Assembly: GCA_003170595.1 (NCBI GenBank)
Contig: PMZA01000195.1
Span: 80 to 64,079, forward strand
Reading direction: 5' to 3'
DNA from: Armatimonadota bacterium
GTDB taxonomy: Bacteria > Armatimonadota > Zipacnadia > Zipacnadales > FEN-943
Length of the DNA stretch: 64,000 bases
Shown here: positions 33,901 to 42,200 of the stretch, piece by piece
Numbering within the stretch: position 1 is the stretch's first letter
How the letters are laid out: every line of letters begins with the position of its first letter
Notes under the pieces: generated by a model
Told to the model about the DNA's origin: nothing
Seen by the model: the letters and a program-made list of their open reading frames with translations, nothing else
Databases searched by the model: none
Program-made: the position numbers and the translations under genes

Positions 33901-34809
33901 CGCCTCATCGACGCCGGGCGCTCGACGGTCGGCGGGGATGAACTCAACGACAACCTCGATGTCGACGCGACCACGCCCGCGATCTGGGACGGCGGCTGGC
34001 AGTCTCTCACCACGCCGATCCGTCTCGACACGGACCTTCGTCGCGACAAGAGCTGGGGCATCTACCGCCGCCTCGTTTACGTGCCAGCCGAGTGGCAGGG
34101 CGCCGACCTGATGCTGCGCCTGGGCAACACTGGGGCGCCGTGGGGCGAGGGAGGGACGCTGAATATCGTCTACGTCAACGGCTGGCCCTGCGGGCGGATC
34201 GGGACGTCGGGGGAGTGCTCGATCTCGTCCTTCCTGGTCTTCGGCGGATGGAACCTGCTGGCGGTCGCGAGTTCGCATCCCAACTGCCTCGTCGACCCGT
34301 GCCTCTTCGTGCGCACCGGCCCGGACCCGGCGCGACTGAAACCGGCGCCACCGGGCGAGCCACCCTCGGGCGCCTTCCTCCTCCTCGGCCAGCGCTGCAC
34401 GGGCCAGGGGATGACCATGCCCTTCATCCAGGGACTGCCGGAGGGTGACCACCGGCGCACCAACCTGGCCGGCGGCAGCGAGGAGACCTTTATCTACTTC
34501 GCCCTTGCCGACGGCGTCCCGCGCGACCCGAAGCAGCCAGTGGAGATCGCCGTCGAGTATCTGGATCGGGGCGAGAAGAACTTCGGCCTGGACTACGACT
34601 CCACCGACGAGACGGCGCCGATCAGGGGAGCCTTCAAGAGCGCCCCGCTGTGCGCGCGGACCAACACCGGCGAGTGGAAGACACACATATTCGTCTTACC
34701 GGATGCACGCCTCGCCCACCGCGAACACCGGGGCTCGGACTTCCGCCTCGTCGCCTTCGGCGACGATCTGCTGGTTCGGCGAGTGGAGGTCCGGATGGGC
34801 GCGAGGTAG
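30994..34809 (+). CDS. Gene N: 1271-aa secreted protein with an unassigned putative glycosidase core (paralogue of gene P) plus NEW3/CARDB-like, Ig-like and galactose-binding-like C-terminal modules
   Basis: ATG 30994 overlaps the upstream stop. Signal peptide LLVAVAMLCLSAAGAWA. The N-terminal ~600 aa align by eye with CDS 36336-38294: AHRGDWHAGADLYRPF vs ALRGDWHEAADRYRAWF, ILFRYTLPRH vs RLYRYTMPEH, FGIDEIHFDTAA vs YGGDGAQLDQIGA. C-terminal segments: LEIGLPAGWKAVAP and YRRLVYVPAEWQGADLMLRLG (GH2-N-like). Confidence 0.75.
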   Translation: MTPSSNRARWRLLVAVAMLCLSAAGAWAGQVSATKSGGHVTLANGLCRIDLDAATGEIAALTPGPESLRGRWFEVVEEDRTGLAAWETWKQGSESIFSGGPADVTEGVEGGLAVAHMLWTRPNGLRVEGEVALGAGEAGPRFRLRVTNTTGAALVDTMRIVLRGVELGAAEDDWFTWPHTLGARFRVMGFKPGEKLEHAYPDFMYMQWLDLYDAQQGVYVGCLDDYGWCKNLFIGRDRDGKSTMGFTFPGCWVATKGDSWTTPWVMIAAHRGDWHAGADLYRPFAQKAFGPLDPPERVREMPTAQCWLAHHASDGDVGKLFEIQQQAPIHASYLMKSLNTSTPEGWDGMRGSALELTEAFDRIRKLGGSPALFTFDRAPLMGKPNYAAYVGRWTCVRRDGSFAEGFRDMMPSPFDADLVKARVGESVRWVRNFGIDEIHFDTAATTNPSLAGPCYRADQKQRPNEVPHYFKLLYRAIRDGCRQYNPQFILRAEHCADFFFPEFLTSTAHLFETGNIVMQHNPPADAQLMPILFRYTLPRHAALEMPSMSDSDFWTFGYGMGYGFHGGGPSWCFNPGAREAESPPGELLHRYQFCEDEWRRYYDFRVGFEEAVVDAERSDIVAEAQIDGQWRRCDFPGPLVAVTHSVTVTHSGAGREVTLGQWFDLSHTLYFGERFVGADRKAPRKVLLRVPTRLAHPRVRLFGRDGEVKIEPRVTGGIVECEVADPTCFALEVFEGPSVTLRVPEWARPGETAQVSITVDQPSPRAGKLEIGLPAGWKAVAPIAIPAPPSFTTTVAVAVPSGIFGRNYPIKAVLRTGNETRTTAVHLLVMEPLTVLYGFDTLQNGSLTGANCVGPGQKARLTVTCVNNAPRPVDLKIEVGGEQVSGSQTARAEGASLRDLGRTDGVLRKWIDGKGPMPANVVIKTFDYDCTGVPGKPAHLRVLADGKPAFEAHTYPRTRLMDLAGAWKLRLIDAGRSTVGGDELNDNLDVDATTPAIWDGGWQSLTTPIRLDTDLRRDKSWGIYRRLVYVPAEWQGADLMLRLGNTGAPWGEGGTLNIVYVNGWPCGRIGTSGECSISSFLVFGGWNLLAVASSHPNCLVDPCLFVRTGPDPARLKPAPPGEPPSGAFLLLGQRCTGQGMTMPFIQGLPEGDHRRTNLAGGSEETFIYFALADGVPRDPKQPVEIAVEYLDRGEKNFGLDYDSTDETAPIRGAFKSAPLCARTNTGEWKTHIFVLPDARLAHREHRGSDFRLVAFGDDLLVRRVEVRMGAR

Positions 34810-34858
34810 GACTCTTCCGGCGAGGAAGTGCTGCCAGGAGCCGGGACCCGCGTGCCGG

Positions 34859-36133
34859 TTACAGGGCGTAGATGAGGATGCCGGCGATCCCGATTGCGGT
34901 CAGGACAACGAGGGCGGGAAGGCCGACTTGCCGCCCCCCAAAGCTTATGGCGTAGATGCCCTTGACGATGTTGTTGCTGGCGGCGGCGATGATCACCGCG
35001 AGGGCCGCCGTGGTGATCGGCGTCGCCACCGCAGCCGCGGGACCGAGCCCCGCCTGGGCCAGGCTCAAGACGAAGGGGTCGATGTCCGTGACGCCCATGA
35101 TCCCGGCGAGCCCGTAGACTCCTGCGCTCCCGAGGTGTTGCGAAACCAGCCGGGTGGCCACGGACAGAAGGATGAACAGCGCCGCGAAGACGAAAGCGGT
35201 GACCAGCTCGAGGGGATTGCGGTCGATTTCCACGCCGGAAACCGGCGCGGCGTCGGCTCGACTACGCACGGCCATCAGCGCCAGGCCCGCGAGGGCCGTC
35301 ACCACGATGAGGATGCCGAAGGTCGCTTCCAGCTGCGTCGCGAGGGCCGGGTTGAAGATGTAGATGAGGATGCCCAGCCGCAGATACATGACAGCGGTAG
35401 CCAGAACGATGGCCCCCGAGTAGAGCCTGGGCCGCCCCTGCCCCACCGACCCCTTGGCGAGCGTCACCGTCGCCAGCGTGCTGGAGTACGCTCCTCCGAG
35501 AAGCGCGGAGAGGACCGCGCTCTGCCTGGCCTTCACACATCTTTGGAGCAGGTAGCTGCCATAGGACATGCCGCTGACCACGACTACGATCAGCCACGTC
35601 CTGAAGGGGTTGATCCCGAACTGCGTAAAGGCCTGGTTGGGGAGAACGGGCAGCACCACGCCGGCAAGCAGGAGGAACTTCACGAAGGTGGTCAGCTCAC
35701 CCTGGTCCAAACGCTGGGCGAGGCCCTCCAGCGACTGCTTGGCGCTGAGCAGCAGGACATCCGCGACGGCGACCGCGACCGCGATCCACGGCTCGTTATG
35801 GGCGATCAGCGCGCCGACGGCATAGGCCACGAGGGCGGCCATCTCGCTGGTGAACCCGCCGCTGCCCTGCGCGATCTTGTGCTGGTAGGAGACGACCAGG
35901 AAGACGGCGACCGCGAGGAGGCCCGCGGCGGCCAGCAGGAGATTGTCCGGGGACAACACGACCAGCATGTAGCCGAGGAGGCCGATGAGCGGAATGGTCC
36001 GCACACCCGCGGACACGTAGCTGCCCGGCCGCGCCTTGTGCTCCTCACGCTCGAGCCCCATGAGGAACGACAGGCCAAGCACGAGCAGTATCTGCATGTA
36101 AGGCGACGAGATCAGCGCGCCAGGGTCAGCCAT
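34859..36133 (-). CDS. Gene O: MgtC/SapB-family + DUF4010 polytopic membrane protein
   Basis: MQILLVLGLSFLMGLEREEH...GVRTIPLIGLLG (MgtC-type N-terminal region) is followed by many hydrophobic segments, as in DUF4010 fusions. An alternative start is ATG 36097. Confidence 0.8.
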   Translation of the reverse strand: MADPGALISSPYMQILLVLGLSFLMGLEREEHKARPGSYVSAGVRTIPLIGLLGYMLVVLSPDNLLLAAAGLLAVAVFLVVSYQHKIAQGSGGFTSEMAALVAYAVGALIAHNEPWIAVAVAVADVLLLSAKQSLEGLAQRLDQGELTTFVKFLLLAGVVLPVLPNQAFTQFGINPFRTWLIVVVVSGMSYGSYLLQRCVKARQSAVLSALLGGAYSSTLATVTLAKGSVGQGRPRLYSGAIVLATAVMYLRLGILIYIFNPALATQLEATFGILIVVTALAGLALMAVRSRADAAPVSGVEIDRNPLELVTAFVFAALFILLSVATRLVSQHLGSAGVYGLAGIMGVTDIDPFVLSLAQAGLGPAAAVATPITTAALAVIIAAASNNIVKGIYAISFGGRQVGLPALVVLTAIGIAGILIYAL

Positions 36134-36335
36134 GGGCGACCGTCACTTCCGCGATCCACGCGACGGGTTTGCGTCCCAAGGGACGCTGCGTGGCATGGGC
36201 GCTGTCGAGCAACCGGCAGCGCAGCGAGCGTTTCATCGCCGGCGCGGGCTCCGCGGACAGACCGCAGCCGACGAAGACCTATTCGCCTCGCACCGGCACA
36301 CTTCCTGCGCGCGACCGAGGCCCGGGACAATCACG

Positions 36336-38294
36336 TTACCACTCGAGCAGCACGGCCTCCACCTGCCCCGGCGGCACGGTAGCCTCGGCCACGAGGGCGC
36401 CGTTGTCGATGCGAACAGGCGCCGGTTTGTCGGCGGCGAGCATGCGAGCGGACTTGGGCGCAGTCGTGTGCCCGAGGGCAGTGAGGTCAATGCGCAGGGC
36501 ATAGGTCTGCTCAGTCTGACCCGTGCCCACGACCGTCAGGACGGCCCCCGAGCGGTCGCGGAACCAGTGCACCTCGGCCGCGGGCGTGACCGTGAGGCCC
36601 ACATCGTCCATGAACCGCCCGTGCAGGAAGACGTCGCCTGCGGCGGCGTTGATGCGCATCGCGCGATGGATGTCGGTGGGGCACCAGTAGGGGATGTCGC
36701 CCATGCGCGAGTCGCCGAACATGGTGTGCTCTGGCATCGTGTAACGATAGAGCCGCGGGAAGGTCTGGACGCCCGGTATGTCCGCCCAGAAGCCGCCCTG
36801 GGAGGCGTCGACGAACTGCCCGGCCCCCTCCCACGCGCCCTCGATCCACGTCCAGAAGCGCGGGTTGACCTCGCGCGAGGTCTTGCGGATGTCGCGCAGC
36901 ATCTTCGAGTAACCCTCGGCCCAGGCGGTCGCCGGGGTCGAGTGTCCGTGGGTGCGGTCGAAGCACAGTACCGAGTGGGCGGCCCCGATCTGATCGAGCT
37001 GGGCGCCGTCGCCGCCATAGTCGCGCGCGACTTTGAGCACCTCGCCCACCAGATGCTGTTGGAAGCCTTTCGACGCCGGGCAGAGGAGCGTGAACGACTG
37101 GTCGCCATAGGTCTCGCGGTAGATCTCGCCGTTGGGCAGGTGCGCCTGCCAGTCGAGATGCGCCACCAGCGTCGGGCTCGCAACATTGGCCAGCCGGGCG
37201 TTCAGGTAGAAGGTCGCAAGCATGCCCATCCCGTGCATGTTCGTCACCAGCGCCTTCAACCCGTCCGGGCCGCCCATGTCCAGGGAGGGCGGGTAGTCGG
37301 GGTACGTCGTATCGTGCCCCTGCCCGAACCAGCCGACGAGGTGGGTGCCCTGGAAGCCGAAGTCCTTGAGCTTCCTGATCGGCTCGAGCGCGGCGGCGTA
37401 CGTGCCGACCTCCTGGCTCTTCATGACGTCGTGGAGGTTGGCGTCGTCCTCCGGACGGGCGCGGATGACCGTCCCGCCCATCACCGGGAAGGCCCTCACC
37501 TGCGGGGAGACCTGCGGCGGCGAGGCCCACGTGCGGAACCACGCGCGGTAGCGGTCGGCCGCTTCATGCCAGTCGCCGCGGAGCGCCTGCCAGAGGATCG
37601 CCGGCGACTCCCAGTGCCCGCCCGGCTGCACGAAGGGGTACTGCACGACGTTCAACTCGCGATCCGGGCCGCCGAAGAGGAACTCCTTGTAGACCATCCG
37701 GTGATCGCAGACATGGTACGCCACGCCCCCGGCGGCCCCCGCGTAGGTCACGAACTGCATCGACGCCGGCACCGGGTAGGCGAGGTGGGAGACGTTCTGG
37801 GCGAGGACGCGCCAGGGATCGGCCAGCCTCTGCCCCGGCCGGTTGGGCATGTAGAGCATGCCGCCCGGTTGGTCGACGACGCCTCGCAGAGCCGGTCCGG
37901 TGACCCCGACGACGGTGCCCGGGGCGTGGTTCTCGACGGTGATCCGCCACTCTACCTCGGTGGCGGCGTGGGCAACGTGCGCCCGCAAGCGCATCGTCAC
38001 AGCCCTGCCGCCGAAGGACTTGACCTCCACGACGACGTCCTGCCCGTCGTGATGCACGGCGACGGCGTCGGGCTGCAGCTCGCGCCAGGTTTGCGCCTTC
38101 CACAGGTCCGCCTCGTCGGAGTAGAGGATCGACGCGATCGGCCGCCCCTCACCCCGCGCAACCGTCTGCCCGTCAAGCGCAAGCGTGACCGTCGAGCCAT
38201 CCTGCCCGACATCGAGCGTCGCCCCCGGCTGAGCAGCGTACACTCCGGCCACCGACACGATCAGCATGGCAAGGCACGTCGACGTCATCTTCAT
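36336..38294 (-). CDS. Gene P: 652-aa secreted protein, unassigned putative glycosidase (short paralogue of gene N)
   Basis: The track ORF starts at 38417. ATG 38294 gives the signal peptide MKMTSTCLAMLIVSVAGVYAAQ. Homology to gene N runs along its whole length (motifs listed under N). Barrel-like region: ATFYLNARL...ARDYGGDGAQLDQIGA...RFWTWIEGAWEG. Confidence 0.75.
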   Translation of the reverse strand: MKMTSTCLAMLIVSVAGVYAAQPGATLDVGQDGSTVTLALDGQTVARGEGRPIASILYSDEADLWKAQTWRELQPDAVAVHHDGQDVVVEVKSFGGRAVTMRLRAHVAHAATEVEWRITVENHAPGTVVGVTGPALRGVVDQPGGMLYMPNRPGQRLADPWRVLAQNVSHLAYPVPASMQFVTYAGAAGGVAYHVCDHRMVYKEFLFGGPDRELNVVQYPFVQPGGHWESPAILWQALRGDWHEAADRYRAWFRTWASPPQVSPQVRAFPVMGGTVIRARPEDDANLHDVMKSQEVGTYAAALEPIRKLKDFGFQGTHLVGWFGQGHDTTYPDYPPSLDMGGPDGLKALVTNMHGMGMLATFYLNARLANVASPTLVAHLDWQAHLPNGEIYRETYGDQSFTLLCPASKGFQQHLVGEVLKVARDYGGDGAQLDQIGAAHSVLCFDRTHGHSTPATAWAEGYSKMLRDIRKTSREVNPRFWTWIEGAWEGAGQFVDASQGGFWADIPGVQTFPRLYRYTMPEHTMFGDSRMGDIPYWCPTDIHRAMRINAAAGDVFLHGRFMDDVGLTVTPAAEVHWFRDRSGAVLTVVGTGQTEQTYALRIDLTALGHTTAPKSARMLAADKPAPVRIDNGALVAEATVPPGQVEAVLLEW

Positions 38295-38465
38295 GTCGCC
38301 CCCGAAAGCGGCTCCGATCAACTTGCAGGCGTGGTCTTCCATCAAGACGACGCGTTTCCTGCAGAAGTAGACCGGGTTGATCCTCGCCCCGAGGGGGAAA
38401 GGTGGGGGCGGCCCCAACGTCGAACCTGGACGGTGGAAGATTCATCGAGAGGGGAGTGACCGCGA

Positions 38466-39260
38466 GTGAAACTGGGCGCCATTCCGATCCTGTATTTCGA
38501 CAAGGTCTTCCGCGGCGAGATGCTGCCCGAGTCCTGGTATGCCGAGGCCGCCGAAGTGGGCCTGGACGGCGTGGAGCTGTATGACAGCTTCGTGGTCGAG
38601 TGGTCGGAGGAGTCTGTGGTGGGCCAGGCCGAGGCCATCCGAGAAGTTGGCCTCGAGGTGTCGATGTACACGACCTATTGCGACTTCGCGCCGCGCGATC
38701 CCGCCCTCCGGGCCGCCCAGCGAGAGCAGGTCCTTCGCGGGATACGGAGTGCCGTCCTCGCCGGGACGAATATCGTCCGTGTCGTCGCCGGGAGCTGGGT
38801 CGCGGATCAGGAGCGGGAGGAGACGCTCGGCCTGGTGGCGGAGGGGCTGCGCGAGTGCCTCGATGCCGCGGAGGAGCAGGGCGTTGTGCTGGCCTTTGAG
38901 GACCATCCGGTCATCGGAACGGACCCGCGCGACTTCCTCCGCATCCTCGAACTGGTCGATGACGAGCGGCTGAAAATCAACCTCGACACCTCGAATCCGA
39001 TGGAGTCCGGGGCGAGTGTGCTGGACCTCCTGCCCCAGGTTGCGCCGCGAGTGGTCCACATGCACGCCTCGGACCGCGCCGCCGATCTCACGCACGTTGT
39101 CACGGGAACGGGCGTGGTGCCACTCGCCGAGGTCTTCTGGCATCTGAAGTCCGTGGACTACTCGGGCTACGTTTCGATGGAGATCGGCGGGCCACCGGAG
39201 CGCGCGTCGGTGGAGGCGTCCGCCGCCAACGTGCGGCGCCTCTGGGCTGAAGCGCAGTAG
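38466..39260 (+). CDS. Gene Q: sugar phosphate isomerase/epimerase-type (xylose isomerase-like TIM barrel) protein
   Basis: GTG 38466 with SD GAGAGGGGAG about 9 nt upstream. Motifs GLDGVELYD, NIVRVVAGSW, VLAFEDHP, NLDTSNP, HMHASD and YVSMEIGG fit the family pattern. No signal peptide. Confidence 0.8.
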   Translation: MKLGAIPILYFDKVFRGEMLPESWYAEAAEVGLDGVELYDSFVVEWSEESVVGQAEAIREVGLEVSMYTTYCDFAPRDPALRAAQREQVLRGIRSAVLAGTNIVRVVAGSWVADQEREETLGLVAEGLRECLDAAEEQGVVLAFEDHPVIGTDPRDFLRILELVDDERLKINLDTSNPMESGASVLDLLPQVAPRVVHMHASDRAADLTHVVTGTGVVPLAEVFWHLKSVDYSGYVSMEIGGPPERASVEASAANVRRLWAEAQ

Positions 39261-39283
39261 CCGGGAATCGCCGGCGGAAGGGC

Positions 39284-42200
39284 TCAGCGCGTGATCGTGT
39301 CCTTCCCCAAGGCGAAGAACAGGCCGTCGCCGGGTTGCAGGTCGACCGGAACCTGCGTGACCCCGTTCGCGTAGGTGACGGCCACCTCCGGCGAGCCCTC
39401 AAGGGTCAGTTCGCGCACGCCCGCGTACTTGCCGCGTACGGCAACGGTCCCCGTCCGTGCGTCGTGGCGGCTGAGGTTGATGGCGAACAGGTACCTCTCC
39501 CCCGCCGCGTTCTCGCTGAGCATCAACTCGACCGTGTCGAGGTCTGTGGCGACCGAGGGCACCGGAACTGCCTGCCGCACGAGATCCCGCACTAGTGCGA
39601 GCCGTTTCTCCGCCGGGTCGGGCGGCTCCGCTAGGAGGGCGATCGTGCCCTTGCCCAGGCGCGCCGTTACCACACCATCCTGCGCGGGAGCGGGGCGCCA
39701 GGCGCCGGCCTTGGCGTCATACTGCCAGCTAATGTCCCCGAAGGCCGAGCGCAGCAACCCTTGCGACGGCTTGCCCCACGGGTCGAACAGCCCTATCGGC
39801 CCCAGGGCGATGAGCGTCCCCCCGTTCTCGATCCACGCGCGCAGCTTCGTCTGCAGCCCGTCGGGCACGTTGATCGCCCACGGAGCCACAAGGACGCGGT
39901 ACGGCGAGAGGTCCTCGCGCCCGTCGACGATGCACTCCTCGGGCACGACGAAGGGGGTGAGGTGGCGGGTCAGCATGTCCGCGGCGATCTCGCGCCCGAG
40001 GTCCTGCGCGCGGTTCTCGGGCTGGGCCACAAGCACCGAGGACGTCGAGAGCAGGATCGCGACGCCCTGGTTCGTGAGGTGAGTGCTGAAGAGCGCCTGC
40101 TTGATCAGATTCGCCTTGCGCTCGACGACCGGGAAGGCCCCGGTTGCGTAGCGGGGGATCTGGTAGTCGGCCTCCAGGTTCATCATCGAGTTGTTCCAGG
40201 ATTGCGGGCTGTCATGCGCCCACTCGCCCTCGAGGTTGAACAGCGAGACGCCGCGTGCGCCCCAGGCGACCTGCCGCCAGAGGTTCCTCGTCGCGGCGGC
40301 GCGCAGCTCAGGCTCCGGCGTGTCCTTGCCCTCCCACTGGCTCCAGATGAACTCCTCCTCCCAGTGCGGCCGCCAGCGATACCGGCGCATCGAGTAGGCG
40401 AAGAGCGAGTCCGTCGCCGGGCCGGCGCCGGGCCAGTCGTGGGTGCCGAGGAAATCCCAGTCGGGCAGGGACGCCATATCCAGGAGATCGTCCGCAGCTT
40501 CCTTGCGCAGACCAAAGCCCTGGTAGATCTGCGACATTACGGGCTTGCCGGGATCGCCGTGCTTGAGGGCCGCGACGATGCGCTGGAAGTGCTCCGCGTG
40601 GCTCTTGTAGCGGAAGGTCTGGAAGTCGCGGATGGGACCGGTCGCGACGGCCTGACCGCTGCTCATCGGCACGGGAGGGGTGAGGTCGGCGGGAGGCGTC
40701 ACGCTCGCGAAGTCGGCGTAACTCGTGCGCCAGAGATCGTTGAGGCGGGCGATGGTGCCGTACTTCGCTGTGAGCCAACGCGACCACTCCGCCCCGGCGT
40801 GAGGACCATAGCCGCCCGGGCCGAGGTATTCGGAGTCGTACCCATGGGTCATCCGCTCGATGCTCAGCGCGGGTTCGTTGACGAGTTCGTAGGAGGTGAC
40901 GCGCAGGTCGTGGCGGTAGTGCTCGCCGTAGGCGGTGAGGTACTTCTCGCCCTCCTCGCGGACGCGCGGGTTCCAGATATCGAGCGTGTCGTGGCAGTTG
41001 CCGCTGGGCGACCATTCGCCCTTCGCGTTCTTGAGGTAGATGTCGCCGGGCGGGAGGGTCTTCTCGAGCCAGCGCACGCCCTCGGCGTCGCTGGGACAGA
41101 TGTCGACTTTGTACCCGTGCTCGGCGCACTGGGCGATGAGACGATCCAGGTTGGCGAAGTAGGGCTTGCCCTGATCGTCGGTCCAGGCGCCCCACCAACC
41201 GCTCACGATGCGGAAGCCGAAGGGCTTGAACACGTCCCAGTTGGCGCCCTTCTGGAAATAGCGATCGGTCGTGAAGCAGGGGTAGAAGACGATGGTGTCC
41301 GTGAGCTTGCGGCCGTCGTCGAGGCCCTGGTTGGAGGGCTGCCAGGAGGTGAAATCGATGGCGGGAGTGACGCCCAGTAGCCGCCATATCGCGCTCAGGG
41401 ACTTCTCGGCGGCGGCGCTATCGGCTGCGATGCGGGGGTAATCCGCGTGGCGGAAGTCCGGCACCATGTAGGGCGCGCCAAGGGCCGCCGATACACTGGC
41501 GACCTGCGCCTGGGCCCGCGCGAGCGTGGCCTTCGCCTCGGCGATGCGAGGATGCGCCGCCCGGTAGCCGCACAGCCGCCGGGCCTGGCTGAGGGCATCG
41601 CGCAGGCGAGCTTCGCGGATCATCGCCGCCGAGTACTGAGCCGCCTCGTGGTAGGCCGTCGCTGGATTGTCGGGCCTCTGGCCCTCGGCGTAGTCGGTGG
41701 CGTGATCGCCCTTCTCGATCTGGATGTCGTCCCACCATACCTCGCCGCCTTCGCAGACCAGGTGCGCGCGCAGGAGGGTGCAGCCGTCCTGTGTGGTGAA
41801 GGTCTTTGTGAAGCGGCGGTACTCCGGCACATCGGCCGGGAGCGCCGTCGAGCCGTCGATGGCGTAGGAGAGGGTCTTGCCCTCGCCGTCGAGGGCCCAG
41901 CCGCAGACCTGAAGGTGGTGGCCGCCCTTCACGCGCGCCCAGACGGAGATGGTGTAGGTCGTCTTCGGATCGCAGGGCACTGCGCGGGAGAAGACGTTCG
42001 CCCCGCCGGGGTCGCGGCTCGTGATGTGGAACGCAGCCGGCCCCGTGTGACCGCCCGTGGGATCGACTTCGCCGGAGGAGAGCGTCGCGTCATGCTGCCA
42101 GAACGACCACGCGAAGTCCCGAGACTCGAAGCCGGAGTTCATGAGCATGTTGACCGGCATGGCCCGGCGGGCGGCCTCGCTCAGGGGTGGGCCGTCGATA

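Noticed and set aside
31345-34686. 1113-aa ORF on the minus strand
   Set aside because: It is antisense to gene N. Its composition is dominated by R/A/G/P/V/H/L runs (e.g. RRRPRLVPGAQHGLDRVVPSEDARRHGHGHG), with no SD, no signal peptide and no recognisable motif. The opposite strand encodes a protein with a clear paralogue (gene P) and domain motifs. Long stop-free antisense frames are expected when GC3 is very high.
34813-34827. Hairpin CTTCC-ggcga-GGAAG between convergent genes N and O as an intrinsic terminator
   Set aside because: It has only a 5-bp stem and no flanking U/A tract on either strand. That is too weak to call a terminator.
36134-36335. Possible Mg2+ (M-box) riboswitch upstream of the MgtC-like gene
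   Set aside because: I could not recognise any conserved M-box core elements by eye, and the region is only 202 nt and GC-rich. I kept it as a low-interest leader observation rather than calling an ncRNA.
36132-38459. 775-aa plus-strand ORF (and the 645-aa ORF at 34445-36382)
   Set aside because: These are antisense to gene P and to the MgtC/DUF4010 gene O respectively. O is an unmistakable polytopic membrane protein and P has a paralogue. The plus-strand translations are R/G/D/E/H-rich with no motifs.
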